From contig CATOSU010000007.1 in assembly GCA_951812615.1 (NCBI GenBank), positions 41,751 to 105,750 of the forward strand: DNA of 64,000 nucleotides. The letters run 5' to 3'. Every line of letters starts with the position of its first letter. Position 1 is the first letter of the stretch. The notes under the pieces were generated by a model. That model was not told where the DNA came from. It was given only the letters and a program-made list of their open reading frames with translations, and did not search any database. Below are positions 36,654 to 46,520 of this stretch, piece by piece. The stretch is from an uncultured Rhodobacteraceae bacterium (lineage in GTDB: Bacteria; Pseudomonadota; Alphaproteobacteria; Rhodobacterales; Rhodobacteraceae). A program made the translations under genes and the position numbers.

Positions 36654-37793
36654 ATGAATAAGGCCCGGGGTCAGTTGGGGCCCGTAACCGCACTGGGCGC
36701 GATGAGTGGTACGTCGCTCGACGGGGTCGACGCGGCCGTGCTGGTGACCGACGGGACAGAGATCCTGTCCTTCGGCGACAGCCGCTACCGGGCCTATTCC
36801 GACGCCGAGCGTGACACGCTGCGGGCGGCGCTGGGGCAGTGGTCGGGGACGCAGGCCGAGGCGGCCGGGCGCGTCGTGGATGCGGCGCATCGGGAATTGC
36901 TGTCGAGGTTTTCCGGGGTCGGGGCCGCGGTCGTCGGGTATCACGGCCAGACGCTGGCCCATGCCCCGCGCACGCAGGGCACGTTTCAGGTCGGCGACGG
37001 CGACGTGCTGGCCGAAGCGCTGAACCTGCCGGTGGTCTGGGATTTCCGCAGCGATGACGTGACCATGGGCGGGGAGGGCGCGCCGCTGGCGCCGTTTTTC
37101 CATTTTGCCTGTGCCCGCTGGGCCGGGGCGACGGGGCCGGTGTGCTTTCTCAATCTCGGCGGGGTCGGCAACCTGACCTATGTGGACCCCGCGTTCGACC
37201 GGCCCGAGGATCCCGGTGCGCTGCTTGCGTTCGACACTGGTCCGGCCAACGCACCGATCAACGATCTGGTGCTGGCGCGCACTGGCCGGCCGATGGACGA
37301 AGACGGGGCGCTGGCGGCCCAGGGCAAGGTGGAAACCGGTGCGCTGGAGCTGTTTCTGGCGGAGCCGTATTTCGCCCGGATGCCGCCCAAATCTCTGGAC
37401 CGGAACGATTTTTCGGAAATGATCGGGCTGGTGTCCGAGCTGGCCGATACTGATGCGGTGGCCACGCTCACCGCCATGTGCGCCGCCGCCGTGGCACAGG
37501 GCATGCAGCATTGCCCGCGCCCGCCGGACCGGGTTCTGGTCACCGGCGGAGGCCGGCTCAACCCGGTGCTGATGCAGATGCTGGCGGTGTCGCTCGATTG
37601 TCCCGTGTTGCCGGTGGAAGAGATCGGGCTCAACGGCGACATGCTGGAGGCGCAGGCTTTTGCCTATCTTGCGGTGCGGGTGCTGCGCGGCCTGCCCACC
37701 TCCTGCCCGTCCACCACCGGGGTGCGGGCCGCGGTGGGCGGCGGCACCGTCAGCCGCCCGGGCGCGATTGCCGATGCCGGCGCAGTCACGTAA
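36654..37793 (+). CDS. anmK: anhydro-N-acetylmuramic acid kinase
   Basis: The true gene lies inside the 868-aa ORF, with its ATG at 36654. Motifs [24 protein letters not shown]...GG.GAPL and GGG..N. Confidence 0.9.
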   Translation: MNKARGQLGPVTALGAMSGTSLDGVDAAVLVTDGTEILSFGDSRYRAYSDAERDTLRAALGQWSGTQAEAAGRVVDAAHRELLSRFSGVGAAVVGYHGQTLAHAPRTQGTFQVGDGDVLAEALNLPVVWDFRSDDVTMGGEGAPLAPFFHFACARWAGATGPVCFLNLGGVGNLTYVDPAFDRPEDPGALLAFDTGPANAPINDLVLARTGRPMDEDGALAAQGKVETGALELFLAEPYFARMPPKSLDRNDFSEMIGLVSELADTDAVATLTAMCAAAVAQGMQHCPRPPDRVLVTGGGRLNPVLMQMLAVSLDCPVLPVEEIGLNGDMLEAQAFAYLAVRVLRGLPTSCPSTTGVRAAVGGGTVSRPGAIADAGAVT

Positions 37794-37817
37794 CCTGCGG
37801 GCAGGGAGGATAACCCG

Positions 37818-38213
37818 ATGCTGATCCCGGCCACACGTTATCACGACTGCGACGCCGCGCTGACCTTCATGACCGATGTGCTGGGGCTGGAACCACACGC
37901 GGTGCATCGCGGCGAGGACGGGGCCATCGTGCATGCGGAAATGAAGCTTGGCACCGGGCTGATGATGTTCGGGCCGTGGGACAAGGGACCGTTCAGCGCA
38001 TTCATGGCTGACCCGCGCGCGGCGGGCGGTGAAACCACGTCGATCTATGCGGTGGTCTCCGACCTTGCAGCCCGGTACGACCGCGTTGTTGCCGCCGGGG
38101 CCGAGGTGATCATGCCGCTCGAGTCTCAGGATTATGGCGGCAGCAACTTTTCTGTCCGCGATCCCGAAGGCCATGTCTGGAGCTTCGGTGATTATGATCC
38201 GATGAAGGCCTGA
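37818..38213 (+). CDS. VOC (glyoxalase/bleomycin resistance) family protein
   Basis: GGGAGGA Shine-Dalgarno sequence upstream. Typical size and the C-terminal DPEGHVWSF motif. Confidence 0.85.
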   Translation: MLIPATRYHDCDAALTFMTDVLGLEPHAVHRGEDGAIVHAEMKLGTGLMMFGPWDKGPFSAFMADPRAAGGETTSIYAVVSDLAARYDRVVAAGAEVIMPLESQDYGGSNFSVRDPEGHVWSFGDYDPMKA

Positions 38214-38214
38214 G

Positions 38215-38673
38215 ATGGGGGCGGCCTTTTTCTATCACCTGACGCGGCGGCCGCTGGAGGCGACCCTGCCGGTGCTGCTGGACCGCGCCGGGCAGGCGGG
38301 CTGGCGCGTGGCGGTGCGGGGCACAGACGCAGGCCGCATGGCGTGGCTCGACGAAAAGCTGTGGCTGGGCCCGGAAGAGGGGTTTCGGGCGCACGGGCTG
38401 GCCGGCGGACCCCATGACGCGGAACAACCGGTTCTGCTGGCCACCGAAAAGACCGCTGTGAACGCGCCCGATTGTGTCATGATCATCGACGGGGCGGCGG
38501 TGGAGGCGGAAGAGGTGAACACGCTGGAACGGGTCTGTATCCTCTTCGACGGCAACGATGACAGGGCGCTGAACCATGCCCGCGGGCAGTGGAAGGCGCT
38601 GAAGGATGCCGGTTGTGCGGCGCAATACTGGTCCGAGGAAAGCGGCCGCTGGGAAATGAAGGCCGAAACCTGA
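38215..38673 (+). CDS. holC: DNA polymerase III subunit chi
   Basis: [14 protein letters not shown]....Q.GWRV.VRG is the alphaproteobacterial HolC N-terminus. Size is about 150 aa. Confidence 0.85.
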   Translation: MGAAFFYHLTRRPLEATLPVLLDRAGQAGWRVAVRGTDAGRMAWLDEKLWLGPEEGFRAHGLAGGPHDAEQPVLLATEKTAVNAPDCVMIIDGAAVEAEEVNTLERVCILFDGNDDRALNHARGQWKALKDAGCAAQYWSEESGRWEMKAET

Positions 38674-38735
38674 GGCACGTGCGGGTGTTCCCGGATGGAT
38701 CAGGGACGGTGCAGGCGTGGATTGAGCGTTTCCGG

Positions 38736-39317
38736 CTACCGCACCAGCACCATGCGCCCATCGCCGATCTCGATCCGGCTCCAGCGCTGCAGATAGCTCA
38801 TGCCCAGCAGGGACCCGAACAGCTCACCCTCGTTCACGTAGGCGGCCACGTTGCGGTCCTCGATCCCGCCCAGCGCGACGTGATCCAGCCGCACCGGCGC
38901 GGTGCGGACCTCTCCGTTCGCGGTCATCGCCCGGTCATAATAATTCAGTTCGTCCAGATCGAACCCGGCCCGCTTTGCGTCTTCCCGGCTCAGCACCACG
39001 CCCGAGGCGCCGGTGTCGATCACGAACTGCACCGGTGTGTCATTGATCCGCAGCGTCAGGTAATAATGCCCGTCCGGCGCGCGCGGAACCTCGACCCTGC
39101 CATCGGTGTCGAAAACCGCTTGCGTCGGGCGCACGGTCTGGGAGATGTCATCCCACAGCCCGACCACGGCGATGGCGCCGAGAAAGATCAGCACCCAGGC
39201 CCCGGCCTGTTTCACCATCTTTCCCAACGAAGCCCGGTTCTGAATCACGTACCAGCTCACCAGCACAGCGCCCAGCAGGCCGAGATAGGCCAGGTTTGCC
39301 CAATTGTCCGGTGTCAT
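38736..39317 (-). CDS. membrane-anchored retropepsin-like aspartic protease (TIGR02281-type)
   Basis: Two N-terminal TM helices followed by the FVIDTGAS catalytic motif. Confidence 0.8.
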   Translation of the reverse strand: MTPDNWANLAYLGLLGAVLVSWYVIQNRASLGKMVKQAGAWVLIFLGAIAVVGLWDDISQTVRPTQAVFDTDGRVEVPRAPDGHYYLTLRINDTPVQFVIDTGASGVVLSREDAKRAGFDLDELNYYDRAMTANGEVRTAPVRLDHVALGGIEDRNVAAYVNEGELFGSLLGMSYLQRWSRIEIGDGRMVLVR

Positions 39318-39373
39318 GCACAGCCCTTCCGCTCAGACACCGGATATAAGCAGCAGAACGCAAATCGCAACGG

Positions 39374-41041
39374 TCAGGCCGCCGGGTTCATCGCGGCCTG
39401 GGCGCAGAAACACGAGGCGCCCATCGCCGCGTCGGCCCGCGCCAGTGCAAGATCCAGACTCTGTCGGATATGAACGATTTCAATGGTTTCCCCGCGATTC
39501 TTCAGGCAATCATGCAGGCCTCGCAGGGACCAGATATTGTCCGGATGCACCGTGGCCCGGCTGAGCTGTCCGCCCAGACCCAGATCCTCGCGATAGACCG
39601 CCTCGGCCTCGGCGACGTGGCCCTGTTCCAGCAACAGCGCGCCCAGCGCGTGCCGCGTCGGCTGCATCCAGCCCCAGGGTTCGTCATAGGGCAGCGTGTC
39701 GTCCAGCGCGACGGATTTGCGCAGATGGGCATAGGCCGCGTCGTAATTGCCCTTGCGGTACTCGATCTCGCCCCGGACCATTTCCTTGGCGATTTCCAGC
39801 ATGTCGACGATGCGGTTGTTGTGCATCAGGCGGCTGTCGGGCACCCGGTTGCAGGCGGCAAGGAACACCTGTTCCTCGGCCTCGGCCTCTTCGACCCGGC
39901 CCAGCGCGGCAAAGGCCACGGCGCGGGCATAGTGGGTGAAGGCGGTGCCGGTCTTGTAAAGCTCCTGATCCTCGGGCGGCTGCATGCGGATCGCCTCTTC
40001 CCAGCGACCGAACCGGACAAGGATATGCGGCTCCAGCCCCATGTAGCTCTCGAAGAAATCGGCCATCGGCGGGCTCTCGATGCGCAGCATGTCCTCGGGG
40101 ACGGTTTCGGCCATGCCGCGCACCGCGGTCAGCGCCGGTTCGATCTGGCCCAGAAACAGCGCGCCGTAGACGACAAAGTGATAATCGTGCTGGCGGTAGC
40201 CGGTATAGATGTTGAACGCGCCTTCGCGTTCGTAATATTTCAGGTCCGCCTCCACGGCCTTTTCGTTCCAGCGCACCACTTTTTCGTAATCGCCGCAGAG
40301 TACGTCGATATGTGTGGGCATATGCACCAGATGGCCGGCATCGGGCACCAGCGTGCGCAGCACATCGCCGGCCTTCAGCGCCTTTTCGGGGTGCGGCGAC
40401 ATCTCCATCAGGTGAACATAAAGATGCAGCAGGCCGGGATGCGCCATCGCCGGGCCGCCGGCGTCCAGCGCGGCTTCCAGCACCATCTGCGCCTCGGCGG
40501 TAAAGGCGCCCTCGGCGGGTTCGCCCCGGCGCAGGTCCCACATTTTCCACGGCGTCAGGTTCATCAGCGCCTCGACGAACGCGGACCGCACGTCGAGATG
40601 GCCGGGATGGGCAAGGTGCACGTCGCGCATCGCATCGGCAAAGGCGCGGTCCCACGCCTCCATCCCGTCGGTGATGTCGCGTTGGGGATAGCGGGCGGGC
40701 AGGGCGTTGATCAGGTCGCGTTCCACGGCACTGATGCCCTCTAAACGCGCCAGCGCCTCCTGCGTGGCGTCCCAGGCGCGCGCCAGCGCCTTGGCCCGGC
40801 CGCGGTCGTCGAACAACGACCACGGCATGTTGTAGTTCGGCCCGGCGGCATAGGCGATGCCCCAATACGCCATGGCGCATTCCGGATCCGCCTTCAGCGC
40901 GCGTTCATAGCAGGCGATTGCTTCGTCGTGGTTGAACCCATAGGTCCAGTTCAGACCGCGGTCGAACCACAGCTGCGCCTCTGCCGATGACGTGGAAATC
41001 GGGCAGCTGTAACTGCCAAGGTCATAGCCGTAATCTGTCAT
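39374..41041 (-). CDS. tetratricopeptide repeat protein
   Basis: ORF trimmed to the ATG at 41041. TPR-like helical repeats occur throughout (HDEAIACYERALKADPECAMAYWG...). Confidence 0.75.
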   Translation of the reverse strand: MTDYGYDLGSYSCPISTSSAEAQLWFDRGLNWTYGFNHDEAIACYERALKADPECAMAYWGIAYAAGPNYNMPWSLFDDRGRAKALARAWDATQEALARLEGISAVERDLINALPARYPQRDITDGMEAWDRAFADAMRDVHLAHPGHLDVRSAFVEALMNLTPWKMWDLRRGEPAEGAFTAEAQMVLEAALDAGGPAMAHPGLLHLYVHLMEMSPHPEKALKAGDVLRTLVPDAGHLVHMPTHIDVLCGDYEKVVRWNEKAVEADLKYYEREGAFNIYTGYRQHDYHFVVYGALFLGQIEPALTAVRGMAETVPEDMLRIESPPMADFFESYMGLEPHILVRFGRWEEAIRMQPPEDQELYKTGTAFTHYARAVAFAALGRVEEAEAEEQVFLAACNRVPDSRLMHNNRIVDMLEIAKEMVRGEIEYRKGNYDAAYAHLRKSVALDDTLPYDEPWGWMQPTRHALGALLLEQGHVAEAEAVYREDLGLGGQLSRATVHPDNIWSLRGLHDCLKNRGETIEIVHIRQSLDLALARADAAMGASCFCAQAAMNPAA

Positions 41042-41095
41042 GAACGCCTCCCGTGCTGGCCCCAGCATAGCCTGCCCGGCGCGGGCGCCAATGAT

Positions 41096-42325
41096 TCAGA
41101 TCACACCGCGCCGTTCGATACGGCCCATTTCCAGCATCAGCAGAACACCGACCACCGACATTGCCGCGATGCCGCCGGTCATCGGGATCAGCGTGCCGTT
41201 GAACATCTGCCCGACCGCCGCCCCCAGCGCGGCCCCGAGGATGGTGGAAATCGCGCCCATGACCGAGGCCGCCATCCCGGCAATATGGCCCATCGGCTCC
41301 ATCGCGACAGAGTTGAGATTGCCCAGCGTGGTGCCAGCCATGAAGAATACCGAGGTCTGATAAAGCACGAACAGGTAGAAATTGAACGCTGTCGCTTCCA
41401 TCCCGATCCCGACGATCAGCATGGCCCCCGAAATCACGACCTGCGCCACCAACGACCAGGTGATCATCCGCCGCATCCCCACGCGGACGACCAGCGCGGC
41501 GTTGAGAATGCTGGCCGAGCCGGCAATCAGCGCGATCACGAAGAACCAGCGGGCGAAGCTCTCGGCCTCGTCGAAGATCACGTCGTAGACCGGCTGAACC
41601 ATGGATAGCATAGTGAACAGGATCGCCAGGCACAGGGTCTGAACCGCGATGGACAGGCGCACCGTGGGATCGGCAAAGACCTGTTTTGCAGCATCCGCCA
41701 GCAACGGCGCGCGAAATGCCCGGCGGTGCGCGCGGGGCAGGGTTTCCGGCAGGCGCACGCCCATCCAGCTGGCGCTGATCAGGGAAAACAGGATGAAGGC
41801 CAGAAAAATGCCGCGCCAGCCGATCAGGCCCATGATCCCGCTGCCGATCAGCGGCGCGAATGCCGGAAAGATGGTGAAGACCATCATCGCCAGCGACATG
41901 ATCCGCGCCATTTCCCGACCCGCAAAGAGATCGCGGATAATCGCCAGCCCGACCACACGCGGTGCGGCGGCGGCGATGCCCTGCGCCACGCGGGCGGCCA
42001 GCACCACCTCGAGCGAACTGCTGCGCCATGCCACGAGGCAGGCAATGATGAACAGCGCCGCACCGCCGTAGACCACCGGCTTGCGTCCGAAGGCGTCTGA
42101 CAGGGGGCCTGTGAAAAACGTCCCGATGCCCATGCCCAGAATGAAACTGGTCAGGATCAGCTGTGCCCGGTTCATATCCTCCGGGCTCAGTTCTTCGCCG
42201 ATCTCGGGCAGGGCCGGCAGCATCGCGTCCATCGAAAAGGCGATGGTCGCGAACATCATCGCGACCAGCGCGATGAATTCCGGTTTGCTCACCGCGCTGC
42301 GGACGCTGGCCTGTACGTCGTTCAT
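41096..42325 (-). CDS. MFS transporter (Bcr/CflA drug-resistance subfamily)
   Basis: 12 TM segments and the GPLSDAFGRKP motif. ATGA overlap with the upstream channel gene. Confidence 0.85.
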   Translation of the reverse strand: MNDVQASVRSAVSKPEFIALVAMMFATIAFSMDAMLPALPEIGEELSPEDMNRAQLILTSFILGMGIGTFFTGPLSDAFGRKPVVYGGAALFIIACLVAWRSSSLEVVLAARVAQGIAAAAPRVVGLAIIRDLFAGREMARIMSLAMMVFTIFPAFAPLIGSGIMGLIGWRGIFLAFILFSLISASWMGVRLPETLPRAHRRAFRAPLLADAAKQVFADPTVRLSIAVQTLCLAILFTMLSMVQPVYDVIFDEAESFARWFFVIALIAGSASILNAALVVRVGMRRMITWSLVAQVVISGAMLIVGIGMEATAFNFYLFVLYQTSVFFMAGTTLGNLNSVAMEPMGHIAGMAASVMGAISTILGAALGAAVGQMFNGTLIPMTGGIAAMSVVGVLLMLEMGRIERRGVI

Positions 42326-42672
42326 TCGCTTGGGTCCCTGTCGGTATTGGCCGGGTGATCTTCCCGGTGGTTACCGAGCCGGCCGATCAGCCATTCGGTG
42401 TGTTCCTCGCGCTTGCGCATGGCAAACAGGCCGAATTGCTGGATCGCAACCGCAAAAATGCCAAGGCCGAAGAAGATCAGAACCGTGGTTGCGATTTTGC
42501 CGATGGCAGTGGCGGGTACAAGATTGCCATATCCGACGGTCGAGATAGTGATGACGGTAAAGAAATAGCTGTCGAGCCAGCTCCAGCGCTCGACATAGTG
42601 AAAGAAGACGGTGCCCGACACGACGACAAACACCACCGAAAGAACCAAGGTGAGGACATAGGGTTGTCTCAC
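42322..42672 (-). CDS. miniature two-TM potassium-channel-like protein (116 aa)
   Basis: ORF 42322..42714, trimmed to the GTG at 42672, which overlaps the DsbA stop (GTGA). Selectivity filter TVGYGN. Confidence 0.7.
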   Translation of the reverse strand: MRQPYVLTLVLSVVFVVVSGTVFFHYVERWSWLDSYFFTVITISTVGYGNLVPATAIGKIATTVLIFFGLGIFAVAIQQFGLFAMRKREEHTEWLIGRLGNHREDHPANTDRDPSE

Positions 42673-43319
42673 GCCTGCGCCTGCTCCCTTAACTCCGCGA
42701 TCACCTGTTTCCACAGCTCCGGTGGCTGTGCGCCGGGCACGGCATGCTGCTGCGCGACGATGAAGGTCGGGACCGAGTTTATGCCCATCTCGCGGCTATG
42801 CACGTCGCGGGCCCGGATGTCGTCGCTGTCGGCGTCCGATGCCAGCAGGCGCAGCACGACCGAAGCGTCCATGCCGACGGCGTCGGCGATATCGGCCAGA
42901 ACCTCGTGATCGCCGATGTCACTGGCTTGCACGAAATAAGCATCGAACAGCGCATCGACCGCTTTCCCCTGCAGGTTTTCGATCCCGGCCCAGTGGATCA
43001 GGCGGTGCGCGTCGATGGTGTTCGGCGTGCGTTTCATACCTTCGAAATCGATGTTCAGCCCGGCATCTTCGGCATGTTGCACAACCGGGGCATAGGCCCG
43101 CACCGCGCCGTCCTTGCCGCCAAACTTGCCTTCCAGGTAAGCGCGGCGGTCCATGCCTTCTGGCGGCATGTCGGGGTTGAGCTGAAACGGGTGCCACTCG
43201 ATCCGGAACGGATGGTCGGGGATCTCGGCCAGCGCCTTGTCCAGATGGGTTTTGCCGATATAGCACCACGGGCAGATCGGATCGGACATGATGTCCAGAC
43301 GCACGGTACGTTCAGTCAT
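42669..43319 (-). CDS. DsbA-family (FrnE-like) thiol oxidoreductase
   Basis: ORF trimmed to the ATG at 43319, which overlaps the upstream stop (ATGACTGA). CPWC active site. Confidence 0.85.
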   Translation of the reverse strand: MTERTVRLDIMSDPICPWCYIGKTHLDKALAEIPDHPFRIEWHPFQLNPDMPPEGMDRRAYLEGKFGGKDGAVRAYAPVVQHAEDAGLNIDFEGMKRTPNTIDAHRLIHWAGIENLQGKAVDALFDAYFVQASDIGDHEVLADIADAVGMDASVVLRLLASDADSDDIRARDVHSREMGINSVPTFIVAQQHAVPGAQPPELWKQVIAELREQAQA

Positions 43320-44832
43320 GGCGGTTGGCCTCGAATTGGTCTCGCAAAACCCGGCGCAGCAGCTTGCCATTGGCACCTGTGGGCAGAGCGGAAAGGTGGA
43401 TATAGACCCGCGGGGTTTTGTAATGGGCGAGCCGTTCTTCCACATAGGCGTGCAGAGCGGTTTCGTCTACCCGTGCGGGCGCGGTGTAAAATGCGGCGAT
43501 AACGCGGGTATCGGTTTTGACCTCCACCTCGGTCACCGCGGCCAGGGTGATATCGGGATGGGTGTTGAGCACCGCCTCGACCTCGATAGGGGACACGCGG
43601 TAGCCGCCGGCATTCATCATGTCGTCGGACCGTCCCAGATAGGCGATCTGATCGTCCGCACCCATCGCGCCCTGATCCCCGGTCAGAAACCAGTCGCCCC
43701 GGAAGCGGGCCGCGGTTTCCTCCGGCTCGTTGAGATATTCCAGCATCAGCCCCGGATCCGATCGGTGAACTGCAATCGTCCCTTCCTCGCCGCGCGGCAC
43801 CGGGCCGTCCTCGCCGAGGATCGCGATGCGGCGACCGGCCTGCGGCTGGCCCAGCATGTCGTCGCGGGCCGGATGCGCGGGGCTGGCGGAAATGAAGGTG
43901 GAACATTCCGACATGCCATAGGCCTCGAACAGGTCCGTGCCGCTGACCTCCGCCCATTTGCGGTGCAACGTCCGCGACAGCTTTTCCCCGGCGCAGAGTC
44001 CGTGCCGCAGGTCAGGCAGGTCCAGCCGGTCATGATCCTGCAGGATCTTGCGGTAAACCCCCGGCGCGGCCGCAAAGATGGTCGCTTTATGAGTGCGCAG
44101 CAGGGCCGGAAGATCGGCGATATCGGTGCCGGGTTCGGGGATCAGCGCGGTTGCCCCCATGGTCCAGGGGTCCATCAGCCCGGTGCCCAGCGTGTAGGTC
44201 CAGTTGAACGCGCCGGCGTGGCACAGGCGGTCCGACGGACCCAGCGCGTACCAGCCATCCATCATCATCTGCCGGGCCCAGATCGCGCGATGCGCATGGG
44301 CCACGGCCCGCGGCCGGCCCGAGGTGCCTGAGGTATAAACGGCATAGGCCATGCGCCCGGGATCGCCCATCGCATAATCCGCGGGCGGCAGGGCGCGCAT
44401 GTCACGCAGGTCCGCGACGGTGACGATCCCGGGATGATCGGGGCAGGCAACATCGGGATCGTGAAACAGCCCGGCCGGGTCCAGATCGGCGATGATCCGG
44501 GCCACCTCGGGTTCGGTCAGTTGCGACGAGGTGGGCACCGGCACGATGCCGGCGGCGATGGCGGCCAGATAGGCCAGCGGGAAATCGACGGTGTTGCCCA
44601 GCCGCAGAACCACGATGTCGCCGGGTCTGAAGCCGCGCGCCAGCAGGCCGGTCGCGGTGCCGCGCACCGCCTGTTCCAGCCGGGCAAAGCTCCAGCTGTC
44701 GGCCCCGGTACCGGACAGGATCGCCAATGCGCATTTGTCGGGCGTGTCCCCGGCGCGGCCCAGCACATGCGCAGCCAGATTGAACGGGGCAGGGCAGGGC
44801 AGCGGCGGGCCTTGATCGAATAGCGACAGCAT
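43312..44832 (-). CDS. AMP-binding acyl-CoA synthetase/ligase
   Basis: AMP-binding motifs (YTSGTSGRPRAV, the YGMSE core, and the GDWF.TGD region). Confidence 0.85.
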   Translation of the reverse strand: MLSLFDQGPPLPCPAPFNLAAHVLGRAGDTPDKCALAILSGTGADSWSFARLEQAVRGTATGLLARGFRPGDIVVLRLGNTVDFPLAYLAAIAAGIVPVPTSSQLTEPEVARIIADLDPAGLFHDPDVACPDHPGIVTVADLRDMRALPPADYAMGDPGRMAYAVYTSGTSGRPRAVAHAHRAIWARQMMMDGWYALGPSDRLCHAGAFNWTYTLGTGLMDPWTMGATALIPEPGTDIADLPALLRTHKATIFAAAPGVYRKILQDHDRLDLPDLRHGLCAGEKLSRTLHRKWAEVSGTDLFEAYGMSECSTFISASPAHPARDDMLGQPQAGRRIAILGEDGPVPRGEEGTIAVHRSDPGLMLEYLNEPEETAARFRGDWFLTGDQGAMGADDQIAYLGRSDDMMNAGGYRVSPIEVEAVLNTHPDITLAAVTEVEVKTDTRVIAAFYTAPARVDETALHAYVEERLAHYKTPRVYIHLSALPTGANGKLLRRVLRDQFEANRHD

Positions 44833-44897
44833 GGAGGCTGGCTATCGGTCCCGGCTCCGCGTTGCAACCATTCGCGGTAGTGCGTATAGAGCGGGGC

Positions 44898-45521
44898 ATG
44901 TCAGAAAGTGATCCCGAAGCGCTGTTGCAGCTTGCCCGGCAATCCGCTTCCGCGGCGGATGCCGAACCTCTCGACCTTGGCGCAAGGGTACGTGAATTGC
45001 GAAAATCGCATGGCTGGACGCTGGAACAGGCGGCGGTGCGCGCCGGACTGGCGCGTTCGACCCTGTCCAAGATCGAAAACGGGCAGATGTCGCCGACCTT
45101 CGAGGCGTTGAAGAAACTGGCCGAGGGGCTGCAGATCTCGGTTCCGCAACTGTTCACGCCGACCCGGGACGAACATGTCAACGGGCGCATGGCCGTGACC
45201 CGCGCGGACGAGGCCCAGCCGGCACCGACGGCGACCTATGAACACGACCTGCTGGCGCAGGCGCTGACCCGCAAGAAGATGCTGCCCTACCACACCCGCG
45301 TGCGGGCGCGCTCGATGGAAGAGTTCGACGGCTGGGTCCGACATGCCGGCGAAGAGTTCCTCTATGTTCTGACCGGGGTCGTGCGGCTCTACTCGGAGTT
45401 CTACGAACCGGTCGACATGCGCCGCGGCGACAGCGCCTATTACGACGCGGCCATGGGGCATAACGTGATCTCACTCAGCCCCGAGGACGCCACGATCCTG
45501 TGGGTGACATCGCTGGAATGA
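44898..45521 (+). CDS. XRE-family transcriptional regulator with a C-terminal cupin domain
   Basis: ORF trimmed to the ATG at 44898. HTH sequence RELRKSHGWTLEQAAVRAGLARSTLSKIENG, followed by a cupin region. Confidence 0.85.
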   Translation: MSESDPEALLQLARQSASAADAEPLDLGARVRELRKSHGWTLEQAAVRAGLARSTLSKIENGQMSPTFEALKKLAEGLQISVPQLFTPTRDEHVNGRMAVTRADEAQPAPTATYEHDLLAQALTRKKMLPYHTRVRARSMEEFDGWVRHAGEEFLYVLTGVVRLYSEFYEPVDMRRGDSAYYDAAMGHNVISLSPEDATILWVTSLE

Positions 45522-45556
45522 TCTGAATGGCCTGTGTGCGCGGCGCGGCCGGAGCC

Positions 45557-45780
45557 GGGGCGCCGCCCCGGACCCCGAGGTATTTGACAACAGAAGAATG
45601 GAGGGGGTGGTCCACCCCCCGCAACCGGAGCCACGAGGGGCTTCTCCTGTTGCGGTCATCGGCTCCTCAGCCTGTTCCGCCTGCAAATCCTCGCCCGAAA
45701 ACGTAAAGAAACCTCTAACTTCTTCTGTTTGAAAATACCCCGGGGGTGAATGGCCGCAGGCCAGAGGGGGCAGCGCCCCC
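45557..45780. repeat. imperfect inverted-repeat element (MITE/REP-like), about 220 bp
   Basis: Left arm GGGGCGCCGCCCCGGACCCCGAGGTATTTGACAACAGAAGAATGGAGG. The reverse complement of the right arm is GGGGGCGCTGCCCC...CCCCGGGGTATTTTCAAACAGAAGAAGTTAGAGG. It is intergenic, between convergent genes. Confidence 0.5.
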
Positions 45781-45792
45781 TGTGCGGACGGG

Positions 45793-46443
45793 TCAGGGAA
45801 ACAGCCGCCGGAGCGCCCAGTGACCGACGCCCACGGCGATCACCTGCATGACAATGAACATCGGGATATGCCCGGGGTAGATCCCGGCAAAGGTGTCCGA
45901 GAACCCGCGCGCGATGGTCACCGCCGGGTTGGCGAAGCTGGTCGAGGACGTAAAGAAATAGGCGCCGGTGATATAAAGCCCGACCAGCGCCGGCACCGCT
46001 TCGGGTCGCGATTTCAGCCCGCCGAAGATCACGAAAAGCAGCCCGAACGTGGCCAGGATCTCGGAAAACCACTGGGCGGTGCCGGTCCGGTGCATGGTGG
46101 TCGAGCTTTGTAGCACCGCAAGATCGAACATCACATGCGCCGCCCAGACACCAAGAATGCCGCAGATCACCTGCACCACGACATATTGCAGCGCCGGCCC
46201 CGGCGCGATTTCGCCGCGCAGGGCAAAGGCCAGCGTCACCGCCGGGTTGAAATGTGCGCCCGAGACCGGCCCCAGCGTGGTGATGATCGCGAAAAGCATC
46301 GCGCCGGTGGCGATCGCATTGCCCAGCAGTGCCAGCCCGTCATTGCCGCCCGACAGCGTATCGGCCATGATCCCCGATCCGACCACGCCAATCAGCAGCA
46401 TGGCGGTGCCCAGACCCTCGGCGGCCAGTTTGCGGTATTCCAT
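45793..46443 (-). CDS. MIP/aquaporin family channel
   Basis: Two NPA boxes (HFNPAVT, FANPAVT) and six TM segments. Confidence 0.9.
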   Translation of the reverse strand: MEYRKLAAEGLGTAMLLIGVVGSGIMADTLSGGNDGLALLGNAIATGAMLFAIITTLGPVSGAHFNPAVTLAFALRGEIAPGPALQYVVVQVICGILGVWAAHVMFDLAVLQSSTTMHRTGTAQWFSEILATFGLLFVIFGGLKSRPEAVPALVGLYITGAYFFTSSTSFANPAVTIARGFSDTFAGIYPGHIPMFIVMQVIAVGVGHWALRRLFP

Positions 46444-46520
46444 GGCGCCTCTCTCCCCTTCATGTCTCTGTTTGCCGTATCATTCGGACGCTGCGGAGGC
46501 CAGTCCGCGTTGCGGGCCGG

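Noticed and set aside
35187-38174. Two giant overlapping ORFs (868 aa on the plus strand, 943 aa on the minus strand).
   Set aside because: Only sub-segments are real. These are tyrS (35343-36590, minus) and anmK (36654-37793, plus), each with canonical motifs and its own start. The remainder is antisense read-through lacking stop codons because of GC bias.
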